The notes under the pieces were generated by a model, which was given only the letters and a program-made list of their open reading frames with translations, was not told the origin of the DNA and searched no databases. A stretch of DNA of 40,874 nt. Origin: a virus (Duplodnaviria > Caudoviricetes). The DNA lies in the IMG/VR virus record IMGVR_UViG_3300037408_000112, positions 1-40,874 of that record; one strand, written 5' to 3'. Shown in pieces: positions 32,240 through 40,874 of this stretch. Position numbers and translations under genes: made by a program. How positions within the stretch are numbered: position 1 is the first letter of the stretch; each line of letters opens with the position of its first letter.

Positions 32240-33118
32240 TTAGGAAGTGAATGCCTTGAACAGGTTGCCGGCCAGGCCGGCACCAGCGGTCGCGCCGCCA
32301 ATGACGCCCTGCATGGGCGACATGTAGTTCGGGTTCTGCTGCGACGTCACGCCGGCGCCGCCGCCCTGCTGCGTGCCGATCGGCGCCATGGTCCCGAGAA
32401 TGCTCTGAATCATCTGCATCCGCTGCATGGGCTCCTGGTACATCCAGTTGAAGCGGTTCATCTGATCCTGCAGCGCCCGCGCCTGGTAGTCCTCGACGGT
32501 CTGCCCGGGGGCCAGCATGCTGCCCATCATCGCGCCGGTCTGCCCGAGCGCGCCCTGCTGCGCACCGAGCCCGGCCTGGTAAGCGCCCATCTGCGTCTGC
32601 GCGTTCTGCGCCAGCAGGTTCTTCTGCGCCTGCGCCGCCAGCGTGCCCTGCATCAGCCCCTGGCGCGAGGACCCGAGATTGTTGACGCCGATCGACTGTT
32701 GCTGCTGACCCGCCAGCGCCTGGCCTAGCATGTCCTGCGCGCCCTGCGCGTTCTGGGCCATCATGTTCTGGACATACGGGTTGTTGGCGACGTCGGCCGC
32801 AGAGGACAGGAAGCCGTAGTTCTGCCCGGCCTGCCCCATCATCGCCTTCTGCTGCTCGACTGCCTGCTTGGTAAGGTCGCTTGGGCCGACATAGGTCTGC
32901 CCTGGGAAGAAGGGCGTGGGCTGCTGCATCATGTTCTGCCCGAGCCCGGCCAGCCAGCCGTACATAGGCAACGCTGCGGAGTTCGGCGTCAGCTGCGAGA
33001 AGCTGACGTTGCTCGACGGCGCCTGGATCGTCTGCTGCTGGTTCTTCGATCCTTTGCCTCCCATCAGGCCGCCAAGAACAGCGCCGCCTGCCTGAATTGC
33101 TGGTGCTACCCATGCCAT
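32240..33118 (-). CDS. Ejection (pilot) protein
   Basis: N-terminal GGAVLGGLMGG, NPY motif, Q/A-rich, C-terminal GVIGGATAGAG. Confidence 0.7.
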   Translation of the reverse strand: MAWVAPAIQAGGAVLGGLMGGKGSKNQQQTIQAPSSNVSFSQLTPNSAALPMYGWLAGLGQNMMQQPTPFFPGQTYVGPSDLTKQAVEQQKAMMGQAGQNYGFLSSAADVANNPYVQNMMAQNAQGAQDMLGQALAGQQQQSIGVNNLGSSRQGLMQGTLAAQAQKNLLAQNAQTQMGAYQAGLGAQQGALGQTGAMMGSMLAPGQTVEDYQARALQDQMNRFNWMYQEPMQRMQMIQSILGTMAPIGTQQGGGAGVTSQQNPNYMSPMQGVIGGATAGAGLAGNLFKAFTS

Positions 33119-33119
33119 G

Positions 33120-33596
33120 TCATTTCTCCTGGTCGGGATAGAGCCCGACTTCCCAGAGGTAACGATGCTTGGCGTGCAGCTTGCGCACCCAGCCGTCGCG
33201 TCCTGTTCCCATGATAGAAGAGCAGCCGCTGTTGCGCGCCAACTCCTGCAGCTGCGGCCAGATGAAGGACATCCACAGCTCCTCGCTGTGGTCTTCGGCG
33301 CCGAACAGGTGGACCTGCAACACCCGCTTCTTCGGGTAGTCGCAGATTTCGACGCAGAGCGCCCCGAACGGTGAGCGGTGCCGGTCCAGGCAGAGGATGA
33401 TGCCGATCTTCCCGCTGCAGTATTGCGTGGCGACGTCGCGCAGGTCCCACTCGTCCGTGTGCTCCAGGGCGCGCTTCAGATACTTCTCGGCCAGCAGCCA
33501 GCCGCGCAGCTCGTTCGACGGCAGCGGATGGATCACCGGGTCCGGCAGCTCCGGCAGCGGCTCTGACTTGTCGACGGCCTTCAGTTCAGCATTCAC
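33120..33596 (-). CDS. GNAT-like virion assembly protein
   Basis: YPKKRVL...A...GC..I...GR.GW.R motif, located just before the ejection genes. Start 33596 or 33608. Confidence 0.6.
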   Translation of the reverse strand: MNAELKAVDKSEPLPELPDPVIHPLPSNELRGWLLAEKYLKRALEHTDEWDLRDVATQYCSGKIGIILCLDRHRSPFGALCVEICDYPKKRVLQVHLFGAEDHSEELWMSFIWPQLQELARNSGCSSIMGTGRDGWVRKLHAKHRYLWEVGLYPDQEK

Positions 33597-33850
33597 AGCT
33601 TCACCCATGTCGTTCCGTTGTACACGTAGACGCCTTTGCCGCCGCCAGGATTCCACAGCGTCCCGTCGGCGTACACCAGCATCCCCTCTTCCACGCGCTC
33701 CGGTGGCTTCGCCCGCACCGGCAGCCGCCACTGGCCCTCGAAGCCCTCGAACACCGCCGTGAACTCGCGCCGCAGCCAGTCAAGCAGGCCGAGCGAGACT
33801 TCGCTGGGCGGCGTGCTCGGGTAGTAGCGCCTGACCTGCGTCCCCCTCAT
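33593..33850 (-). CDS. Small tail protein (needle-like)
   Basis: GMLVYADG..WNPGGGKGVYVY...WVKL, directly after the nozzle gene. Confidence 0.65.
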   Translation of the reverse strand: MRGTQVRRYYPSTPPSEVSLGLLDWLRREFTAVFEGFEGQWRLPVRAKPPERVEEGMLVYADGTLWNPGGGKGVYVYNGTTWVKL

Positions 33851-35460
33851 CGTTCCCCCGCTCGCTGCCAATCCAGCGTCAGACCAGACAGCCGCCACTT
33901 GCCCCGGTCCTTGGACTCCACCCGCACCGCGAGCCACCGGCCAGTGACGCGCGGCGTGACGCTGAAGTCGCGCCCGGGCATGAACTCGATCGGCGCATCC
34001 CACAGCAGATCGCCGTCGACCGTCATCTGCCCGCCGAAGGTGAAGGTCACCGGGATGTCGCCGGTCATTTCGGGCCATACCTCTGTGACCATGGCCAGGC
34101 CGTCGGCACCCTCGATCGGGATCCCCACCCGCTGCGCCTGGCAGAACACCGACTCGCCCGCGCTGTTCGTATTGTCGATCGCGAGCAGCGACACCCACCA
34201 GACCGGGTTGTTGGGGTCGGTGACTTCATCGCTCTCGTACAGGATGACGTCGGGCACGGACGGCTGGTACACGCCCTTGTTCCAGGAGCCGTCGCGCTGC
34301 TCGTCCCAGGTCTTGCCCTGGGTCATGCGCGGGTAGGCAATCAGCGGCGCCGCAGGACCGAGATCGTCCCACGTCTCGGTGGCGGTCCCGAGCGAGATCA
34401 GTGCGCTGTCGTAGCCGTAGCTGTTGTTCAGCGTCTTCGCGCCCCAGGTCCTGTCGATCCAGTGGTAGACCAGCGAGGCGGTCAGCTGACCGTTCTCGGT
34501 GCCGGCCACGGCGACGAACAGCTGCGTGGTCTGCGGATGGACGAACACGGCGGACAGGTCGAAGTATTCCTCCGACACGTAGCCGTACAGTGTCTTGCGC
34601 ACGGTGTTATCGACCAGGGACATCGACTGCTGCCCGTCGAACCACAGCAGGTCGGACGTGGTGAACACCACCAGGCCGCCGTTCATCTCGGCGAAGCCGC
34701 GCTGCAACCGCGTGCCGACGCCACCCTGCAGCCGGTCGACGCGCATGATCGCCTCGCCGCCGATCCACGCCATCTGATAGATCGCGTCCTCCTTGACGAT
34801 CCACAGGTAGTCGCGCACCAGCCGGCCGCCGACGATCTTGCCCTGCGTCTCGCCGAGCAGATCATCGCCTGCATCGTTGTCGAGCGCCGCGATCCACAAC
34901 GTCGGCAGCGAGCCCTCCTGCGCGGAGTTGCTCCACCGGACCTTGTGCGGATACTCCTCGTTGTCTTCGGTCATGCCGAGCGCGACGAGGTAGTAGCGGA
35001 ACGCGATCATCTCGCGGCAGCGCCAGTTCGCGTCCCAGCCGGGCAGCGGCTTCAGCACGTCATCCGGCGGGGCGGCGCTGTAGTCCCAGTAGAACGGGCC
35101 GTCGCTCGCGCTGTTCACCACCAGCACGCCGTTGAGGTTGGCGACCGTGACGAAGCCGCCGGACCAGTCGGTGGCGCCGCTGATCTTCGACCCGGTCTTG
35201 TTGCGCACGTCGTAGGCGTAGCACTGCGCCCCGTCGGAGATGATCAGCCACCAGCGCCCGTCCGGCCCCTGGTAGGTGCCGTGGTACAGCGGCCGGATCA
35301 GCAGGTTGAACAGCTTGCGCTCGCCCTTCACCGAGCGGATCGCGCCGTCCTCGCACATGATGTTGACGATGGACGTCCACGCCTCAGGCGGCGCCTGCGT
35401 CGGAATCAGGTCGCTGATCAGGCCGTACTTGCCGAGATGCTGTAGTCGCTGACGTGGCAT
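33847..35460 (-). CDS. Tail nozzle / tubular protein (beta-propeller)
   Basis: LPGW, YLVAL, VRWS and YQM.WIGG motifs, C-terminal GRWLAVR, 537 aa. Confidence 0.8.
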   Translation of the reverse strand: MPRQRLQHLGKYGLISDLIPTQAPPEAWTSIVNIMCEDGAIRSVKGERKLFNLLIRPLYHGTYQGPDGRWWLIISDGAQCYAYDVRNKTGSKISGATDWSGGFVTVANLNGVLVVNSASDGPFYWDYSAAPPDDVLKPLPGWDANWRCREMIAFRYYLVALGMTEDNEEYPHKVRWSNSAQEGSLPTLWIAALDNDAGDDLLGETQGKIVGGRLVRDYLWIVKEDAIYQMAWIGGEAIMRVDRLQGGVGTRLQRGFAEMNGGLVVFTTSDLLWFDGQQSMSLVDNTVRKTLYGYVSEEYFDLSAVFVHPQTTQLFVAVAGTENGQLTASLVYHWIDRTWGAKTLNNSYGYDSALISLGTATETWDDLGPAAPLIAYPRMTQGKTWDEQRDGSWNKGVYQPSVPDVILYESDEVTDPNNPVWWVSLLAIDNTNSAGESVFCQAQRVGIPIEGADGLAMVTEVWPEMTGDIPVTFTFGGQMTVDGDLLWDAPIEFMPGRDFSVTPRVTGRWLAVRVESKDRGKWRLSGLTLDWQRAGER

Positions 35461-35466
35461 CTGTCC

Positions 35467-35514
35467 TCACTCCCTCTCAGAGTTCAGCGGGCGGTTGCCG
35501 ATGTAGCTGTCCAT
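35467..35514 (-). pseudogene. 15-codon stub duplicating the N-terminus of gene 36464..37187
   Basis: MDSYIGNRPLNSERE* versus MDSYIGNRPLNQAAG, with synonymous codon differences. Confidence 0.7.
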
Positions 35515-36410
35515 TAAAGCTCCGCGTCAGCCTGATACGAGCCAATGATGATCTGCGATAACCCAACCGCCAGAGCACTGGCTGCAAGCTGACAGCCGGA
35601 TGGCGTGGAGGATTGGAGTAGTGACGCCTGAGAGTTGGTCAGCGTACCGTCGATGCGCGTCACGGTGGCGAGCTTGCGCTTGGTCTGCTTGTAGTAGATG
35701 TAGCCCTGACTCTGGCCGGAGGCGTCCACGCCTGCGGAGCCGAACCGATACTCGCCTACCTCGAAATACCGCTGGCATAGCGCAAGCTCTTCAGCTTGGC
35801 TGCGCCACTCGAAGTCAGTGGCTTCCTCACCGATCTCCAGCTGCACGTCGGTGAAGCCGATCTGCGCGCCGGCCCCCACCCCCGGCATAAAGCGCCGCAT
35901 CAGCTGCATCCCCCGAGCAACGGTTGCTGGCATCGTGTCCGGGAACGTGAATGAGAACCTACTCCACCCGGTGGCCGGGACGTTTATGGTGCCGGACGAG
36001 ACGGGGGCAGCCGCTGGCCAGACATCAGCAACATCCGGTGCCGCAATCGACAGCGTGAGCACCCGCGCTGCTGCCGAAAACACCCACCCACTGACAGTGA
36101 CCTTCTTGCCTACCGCACGATAGGCGTTCAGGGCTTCAACGCGCTGTGCCACGCCGACCTGCGTATTACCGGCGGCACCAGTTATCACCAGCGCAGCATT
36201 GATGCCAGTTGCTACCGGATGCGGAGCGATTAGCCACGTCACCGCCGCCCCGGCTGCGTCGCATACCCAGCGATCCGCCGTGTAAGTGAAAGTTGCGACC
36301 GGAATGGAGCCGCTGGTGCCGCGCTGCCAGACCTGCATCCCGCCGTTGATCAGGATGTTCCGGCGCGCTGCCTGCCACCCGCGATTCGCCACGTTGCGTG
36401 CCCTGGTCAT
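35514..36410 (-). CDS. Tail fibre / receptor-binding protein with a carbohydrate-binding-like domain
   Basis: RNILINGGMQVWQRG...YTADRW...VQLEIG..AT.FE...ELALCQRYFE. Confidence 0.8.
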   Translation of the reverse strand: MTRARNVANRGWQAARRNILINGGMQVWQRGTSGSIPVATFTYTADRWVCDAAGAAVTWLIAPHPVATGINAALVITGAAGNTQVGVAQRVEALNAYRAVGKKVTVSGWVFSAAARVLTLSIAAPDVADVWPAAAPVSSGTINVPATGWSRFSFTFPDTMPATVARGMQLMRRFMPGVGAGAQIGFTDVQLEIGEEATDFEWRSQAEELALCQRYFEVGEYRFGSAGVDASGQSQGYIYYKQTKRKLATVTRIDGTLTNSQASLLQSSTPSGCQLAASALAVGLSQIIIGSYQADAEL

Positions 36411-36463
36411 GCTGCCGTCCTCATTCCGATGCTTACGATCAACGTCCTGGCCGGGGTTCGCTG

Positions 36464-37187
36464 TTACGCCTCAAAGACCAATGTCATCTCGCCGCCCGTG
36501 TAAGTGCCGGGAGAACTGACAACAAACCCAATCTTGTCCACCGCGCCAGAAATAGCCGCGCGCCCACTAGATATGTACGTAACCGCATCCTCGCGGGCGA
36601 GAACGCTGGAATACACCCACCCATCTGTGTTCTGGCGGCTGATTTTCATGTGCCCGCTCATCTTGCTGGCTGCATTGCTATACGGAAGAAAGCCGGACGC
36701 TGGCATTATTTCAGTTGCCATCGACGAGGCGCCAAAACGGGAATGTGCCCCGGCGTAACCGGTTGTCACCAAAGCCCCGCCAACCCCAAGCTGAATCACC
36801 GTGTTGAACAGACCACTCAAGGCGACCTCTCGCCACAGGATAGTGATGCTTGTCGCCCAGGTTGGCACATCGAACGTGACCACTGCTCCACTAGCCGCCT
36901 TGGTGACAGTCTCTCGCTTGCGAAGCGCATCTACCGGCACCATCGCGCCCTTCGCCCAGGCGATGAAGGCAACGACGTCGCCAGCGGTCGCGCCGACAGC
37001 GAGCGTGACCGTGGCCCCGTCGGTCGCCGTGAAGTCTGCAGCCGCGAGCTTCACGCCGTTCAGGAACACGTCCACGTAGCCGACCGCGTAGGTGACGTTG
37101 AATACCGTCTGCCCGGCGGTGGCGATGAACTCGCTGCGGTAGCCGGCGGCCTGGTTCAGTGGACGATTGCCGATGTAGCTGTCCATG
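36464..37187 (-). CDS. Tail fibre / RBP paralogue (modules A+B)
   Basis: ATAGQTVF...DVFLNGVKL...ATDG adapter module plus a DVPTWA...QLGVGG domain. Start re-called to MDSYIG. Confidence 0.75.
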
Positions 37188-37679
37188 TCACGCCTCGAAG
37201 ATGGCGACCATCTCGCCGGCGGCAAACGATGCTGCGGCGGACAGAGTGAAGCTAAGAGTGTCTACCACTCCATCGAAAGAGTTTTGGCCACCCGCCAGAT
37301 AGGTGGTCGTGGAGTCTTCTCTCGCGAGGTTGGAGATACAGACCCACCTATTGTTGCCGACGTGCTCTATGTCGATGAACCCGGATACGCGCAGCGGGGC
37401 TCCCGGATTCGTGTATGGCACCCAGCCGACACCAGTAAGCTGGTCAGTGGCCATCGTGTTGGTGCCAAGCCGCGTTGATGAGCCAAGGTATCCAGAGTTC
37501 TTCAGAACGCCGCCAACGCCTAGCTGGATTATGGTATTCGCCGTCCCGCTCTGCCCAACGCCTCGCCATGCAACACGCATCCTGGTCGCCCAGCTGGGGA
37601 CATCGAACAGGACTTGCGCGCCTGTCGCCGCCTTCGCGACGACGAGCTTCTGTCTGGACTTCCGCGCATTGATGCTCAT
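37188..37679 (-). CDS. Tail fibre / RBP paralogue (module B only)
   Basis: FDVPSWATR...IIQLGVGG...GY, similar to both neighbours. Confidence 0.7.
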   Translation of the reverse strand: MSINARKSRQKLVVAKAATGAQVLFDVPSWATRMRVAWRGVGQSGTANTIIQLGVGGVLKNSGYLGSSTRLGTNTMATDQLTGVGWVPYTNPGAPLRVSGFIDIEHVGNNRWVCISNLAREDSTTTYLAGGQNSFDGVVDTLSFTLSAAASFAAGEMVAIFEA

Positions 37680-37682
37680 GGC

Positions 37683-38459
37683 TTACTCATACATGATGCT
37701 GGCGATGCCAGCGTCCCAGACATTAGTGCCGTTATGCGTCGTCAATCGGATGATGTCCAAAGGACCACTTAGCGCAACGGAGCCGGCACACTGATACCCA
37801 GCCGCCACATTCAACGTCCCGAGCTGGCCACTCAGCGCCCAAGTATTGCCTGACACGCGCGTTAGCTCGAAGAGCCCGCCTTCGACATTGGTGCCGGGGC
37901 CGGTATGGAGCAGAAAGCCGATGACACCAAACTCCGTCGCGATCGTCGTCGCACCAAGCCGACTGTGCGCGTTCTGATAGCCGCTCGTCGCTGGCACACC
38001 GCCAGTCCCGATTTGCGCGTACCAGTAGTCTGGCCCGTTGGTGCTAGCACCGTGGAACGCAATCGTGATGCGATTCGCCCAGGCCGGAATGTCGGTGAAG
38101 TCCACCGCCGTTCCGGTAAGCGTCTTTGCCGGGCCAAGGGTTGGGCCCACCGGCATCGCCGCGAGCAGGGCGTCGATCTCGTCCTTGGTATAGAAGCCAC
38201 TGGTCGGCAACACGGTGGCGCCGCGCTCCCAGCCGATGAACTGGACGACATCGCCGACATCACGCGGCTCGTTGAGCGTGACCGTGGTGCCGTCGGTGGC
38301 GACGAAGTCAGTCGAGGCCAGCCGCACGCCGTTGACGAACACGTCCAGGAAGCCCGGCGTGTAGCCGACCTGGAACACCGTCTGCCCCTGCGTGGCGACC
38401 GTCTCCAGCCTGGCCCCGGTGACCGCCTCTACATCAAGCCCGCGCCCTACGTAGCTCAT
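37683..38459 (-). CDS. Tail fibre / RBP paralogue (modules A+B)
   Basis: MSYVG, QGQTVF...DVFVNGVRL, YTKDEID linker, DFTDIPAWANRITI domain. Confidence 0.75.
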   Translation of the reverse strand: MSYVGRGLDVEAVTGARLETVATQGQTVFQVGYTPGFLDVFVNGVRLASTDFVATDGTTVTLNEPRDVGDVVQFIGWERGATVLPTSGFYTKDEIDALLAAMPVGPTLGPAKTLTGTAVDFTDIPAWANRITIAFHGASTNGPDYWYAQIGTGGVPATSGYQNAHSRLGATTIATEFGVIGFLLHTGPGTNVEGGLFELTRVSGNTWALSGQLGTLNVAAGYQCAGSVALSGPLDIIRLTTHNGTNVWDAGIASIMYE

Positions 38460-38782
38460 CAGGTCATCTCCAGAACCGACAGGGTCAGCTCGGCGCAGTT
38501 GGCGGCGCTGCCCTTGATCGAGAACGTGTCCCCGGCCTGCATGACCACCTTGGAGCCCATCACGCCCTCCAAGGCGCTGCCGGACGGGATGGGCGTGCCC
38601 TCGCCCACCAGGTTCGTCTTCGTCGCGCCACGCCCAAGGTAGGCCGCCACAGCGATGTCGGTCGCGAGGTTATTGCCGATGCGCATGCCGATGATGACGA
38701 CCTGCGCGCCGGCCGGGGCGGTGTACGCCGTGGCCTCAGTGGCGCCGACGACTGCCTGGATGCTCTTGAAGCTGTTCGCCAT
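38459..38782 (-). CDS. Small tail-associated structural protein
   Basis: MANSFK...YTAP...KVVMQAGD...SVLEMT pattern. Confidence 0.7.
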   Translation of the reverse strand: MANSFKSIQAVVGATEATAYTAPAGAQVVIIGMRIGNNLATDIAVAAYLGRGATKTNLVGEGTPIPSGSALEGVMGSKVVMQAGDTFSIKGSAANCAELTLSVLEMT

Positions 38783-38785
38783 CGC

Positions 38786-39418
38786 TTACCCCAAGGCCAC
38801 GATGAGGGCCAGTGTGTTTGCGTCCTGGATCGCGTTCTGCTGATCCACGTAGGTGATGCTCGCCTTGGTGGCGATGACCGCGTCCTGCGCGGCGTTCGCG
38901 TTGTCCACGTAGGTCTTGTCGGCCTTCAGGGCGATCAGGGCGTCCTGGGCATCGTCCCTGGCATCCTGCTGCGAGATGAAGGCATCGAGGCTGGCCTGGC
39001 TCGCCTTACCGGCGATCAGCGTGTCCTGACCATCGTCCCGGACGTCCTGCTGGGCAATGAAGGCGTCGAGGCTGGCCTGGCTCGCCTTGCCGGCGATGTT
39101 GGCATCCTGGACCGAGTTAACGGCCTCGATCGACGTCAGTCGTGCGTCCAGGCCGGTGATCGACCCCTGCGGGTGAGCGTCGGCCGCGCCGCGCCCGGCC
39201 AGGTCGTTGTGGGCGATCGACGCCGACGCCGACTGCCAGGAGGCGTTGACGCGAACGTAGGGCGACGAATCCTGCGGCGCCTCCTCGACGGCGCCTATGT
39301 TGACGCGCGCCTGCTCCGGCGTCTGCGGCGTCCCGAGCGCGTCGACTACCGCGTCATCGACCGTGTTCAGCCAGTCGGCGCAGATCTTGGTTTCAAAGTC
39401 GACGAACCGGGTCGCCAT
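38786..39418 (-). CDS. Fibre / coiled-coil tail protein with internal repeats
   Basis: EAPQD..YVR, HNDL.GR...AHP, IAGKASQASLDAFI twice, KA...YVD twice, ending ALIVALG. Confidence 0.7.
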   Translation of the reverse strand: MATRFVDFETKICADWLNTVDDAVVDALGTPQTPEQARVNIGAVEEAPQDSSPYVRVNASWQSASASIAHNDLAGRGAADAHPQGSITGLDARLTSIEAVNSVQDANIAGKASQASLDAFIAQQDVRDDGQDTLIAGKASQASLDAFISQQDARDDAQDALIALKADKTYVDNANAAQDAVIATKASITYVDQQNAIQDANTLALIVALG

Positions 39419-39723
39419 CAGCTGAAGCCTCCGCTATACCCGTTGCTGAACGCCCGCAAGGCTGGAACCTCGCCATCGCCACCGGGGCCACCTTCGGGCG
39501 GTGGGACCACGGGCGCCTCGCCACACACGTACACCGGGCCACCCGTCAGGTCGGTCCAGTCCGGCGCCGGCTGCGGGGCGCAGGCCACAGCCAAGCAGGC
39601 GACCGCAATGCAGGCGCGCGAGTCGCTGAACGCGCCCGGGGTCCAGCGATTGGTGCTGGCGCAGTCGTCTGCGGCCCAGCTGGCCGGGTCGGGCGTCTGC
39701 GGTTTCCAGCAGCCGTTACTCAT
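39418..39723 (-). CDS. Small Cys/Pro-rich structural-region protein
   Basis: Start re-called to MSNGCW, C-terminal AFSNGYSGGFS. Confidence 0.55.
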   Translation of the reverse strand: MSNGCWKPQTPDPASWAADDCASTNRWTPGAFSDSRACIAVACLAVACAPQPAPDWTDLTGGPVYVCGEAPVVPPPEGGPGGDGEVPALRAFSNGYSGGFS

Positions 39724-40306
39724 CGACGAGGGCCACCCGTGGCGCCGTGGCGATGTTCTGATTCCAGCCCTGCGCCTGCACGCCATCCAGGCGGCGCAGG
39801 AACTCGGCCTGCCAGGCCTGCAGCCGCTGGTCGTCCTTAAGGAACACGGCCGCCTCCTTCAGGGCGCCATAGAGGTACAGGTCGGCGTAGTAGGTGCTGA
39901 CCCAGTTGAAGTCAGCGTCGCCCTGCAGGGGCCGCAGGAAGGCCACGTAGTCGAGCGCGAACTCGGTGTCGCTGGCCGGGGCCGGGAACAGCTCGGCGCA
40001 GTCGCCACGGGCGATGTAGGAGTTCTGCCAGGCTTCGGCCTGCGCCCGGGCGTCGTCCGGGAACTGCCGCAGCGTCACTCGCCCGGTGCGCAGCGTGATC
40101 AGCTGGGCTAGGTCGGTTGGCAGCGGCAGGATCGCGTTGCCGGCCGGCTGCGTGTAGGTCGTGCGCCGCCGGTTGCGCGGATGCTCGCGCAGCGCCCGGT
40201 TCAGCTCGCCCTCGACGGCCGCGATCATGGACGACACCGACGTCGTGCTCAGGTTCGGCCGGTTCAAGTATTCCTTGACCAGTGCGACGATCTCGCCACG
40301 GTTCAT
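39716..40306 (-). CDS. Head-tail adaptor
   Basis: YLNR..L, AVEGELNR.LR, LPTD, NW......DLYLYGAL.EA..FLKDD.R...W motifs. Confidence 0.85.
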   Translation of the reverse strand: MNRGEIVALVKEYLNRPNLSTTSVSSMIAAVEGELNRALREHPRNRRRTTYTQPAGNAILPLPTDLAQLITLRTGRVTLRQFPDDARAQAEAWQNSYIARGDCAELFPAPASDTEFALDYVAFLRPLQGDADFNWVSTYYADLYLYGALKEAAVFLKDDQRLQAWQAEFLRRLDGVQAQGWNQNIATAPRVALVDE

Positions 40307-40563
40307 TGCGTCAGCCTCTTCTGCGCGGCGTCGTGCATCAGCTGCAGCATGGCGCCGTTGCCCTGGACCATCTCGTTGCGGAAGCTGTCAACGCTCGCCG
40401 CCGTCTGCCGCTGCTGCTGCGAGTTCTCGACGAGCAGCACCGGCAGGAAGGCGACCGCGCACCCGACCTGGTCAATCTCTTGGCCGGTCTGCGGGTTGAG
40501 CCCGCGCAGATGCGTCTGCCAGAGGCAGGCGTCACAGGTATGACCAAGCGGGCAGGTCTTCAC
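40303..40563 (-). CDS. Conserved Cys-rich protein following the tail fibre gene
   Basis: CPL...C.W...RG.NPQTG...CA...LP.LL.ENSQQQRQTAA.V.SFRNEMV. Confidence 0.8.
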   Translation of the reverse strand: MKTCPLGHTCDACLWQTHLRGLNPQTGQEIDQVGCAVAFLPVLLVENSQQQRQTAASVDSFRNEMVQGNGAMLQLMHDAAQKRLTQ

Positions 40564-40874
40564 GATTCCCTCTCGCAGACGATGACGTCGATGTAGCGCG
40601 GCGCCCAGTTGGCAGCCGACGCATTGGCCTGGGAGTCACCCGCCACCGTGTGCTTGTGTGCGGCGCCGTCGGCCGGAATCGAGTGCTGGTGCGCCCCAGC
40701 CGCGTCAGTCAGCGCGCTGCGCTGCGCAATCGGCGGGATGGTGGCGTTGTTGCCGAACGGGAAGTTCGATGCCGCGTAATTCTGCACATAGCCGTGCTGG
40801 TGTACGCCCGCCGAGCCCGTCAGGCCACCGTGCGTGTGGTTCACCGAGCCGTCACCGGACACGATGTTGATCGC
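40560..40874 (-). CDS. Tail fibre C-terminal part with repeated HxH motifs
   Basis: HTH, HQH, HQH and HKH motifs typical of metal-binding trimeric fibre tips, ending PRYIDVIVC. Confidence 0.8.
   Translation of the reverse strand, partial: AINIVSGDGSVNHTHGGLTGSAGVHQHGYVQNYAASNFPFGNNATIPPIAQRSALTDAAGAHQHSIPADGAAHKHTVAGDSQANASAANWAPRYIDVIVCERES
40748..40874. repeat. Terminal direct repeat copy 2 (127 bp)
   Basis: Identical to 1-127. Confidence 0.95.

Noticed and set aside
35514-38459. Diversity-generating retroelement or invertible shufflon acting on tail fibres
   Set aside because: No reverse transcriptase or invertase, no near-identical TR/VR pair with adenine-specific differences, and all modules are co-oriented.
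38860-39100. DNA repeats in the fibre gene as a mobile or regulatory repeat
   Set aside because: They correspond to 27-aa and 20-aa coiled-coil protein repeats with synonymous divergence.
1-40874. tRNA genes, integrase/att site, alternative genetic code
   Set aside because: No cloverleaf with T-loop consensus was seen and no recombinase motifs were found. Genes are full length in the standard code and use all three stop codons.

Overview
The window is a complete, circular, high-GC (roughly two-thirds GC by eye) tailed-phage genome of podovirus type. Bases 1-127 are identical to 40748-40874, most likely an assembly overlap, giving a unit length of about 40,747 bp. A divergent control region at ~17.2-17.33 kb separates two arms. 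The leftward arm (- strand) carries a ribbon-helix-helix regulator, Toprim primase, an O-like initiator with internal iterons, SF4 helicase, RusA, terS/terL, portal, two large enzyme-like cargo genes, scaffold, major capsid, lysis genes and, across the junction, tail fibre, adaptor, a paralogous receptor-binding array, nozzle and ejection proteins. The rightward arm (+ strand, 17.47-28.33 kb) carries about 30 small early genes, DUF932, an ERF/YqaJ/UvsY-like/SSB recombination module and a secreted Gly-rich gene pair. I saw no integrase, CI-type repressor, DNA or RNA polymerase, tRNA or CRISPR. The most striking element is a non-coding cassette present twice, at the head of each early transcription unit: promoter, then a conserved ~65-nt two-hairpin RNA, then a complete type III hammerhead ribozyme whose stem III overlaps the Shine-Dalgarno of the first gene. 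Compensatory base changes between the two copies support the fold. Other notable items are an acidic early protein ending in the SSB tail DDIPF, a circularly permuted GH73 muramidase in an ejection protein, HhH-glycosylase-like and ART-like genes in the head operon, a ~200-nt structured intergenic region and an H-type pseudoknot leader. All protein family calls come from motif recognition by eye, not database searches.
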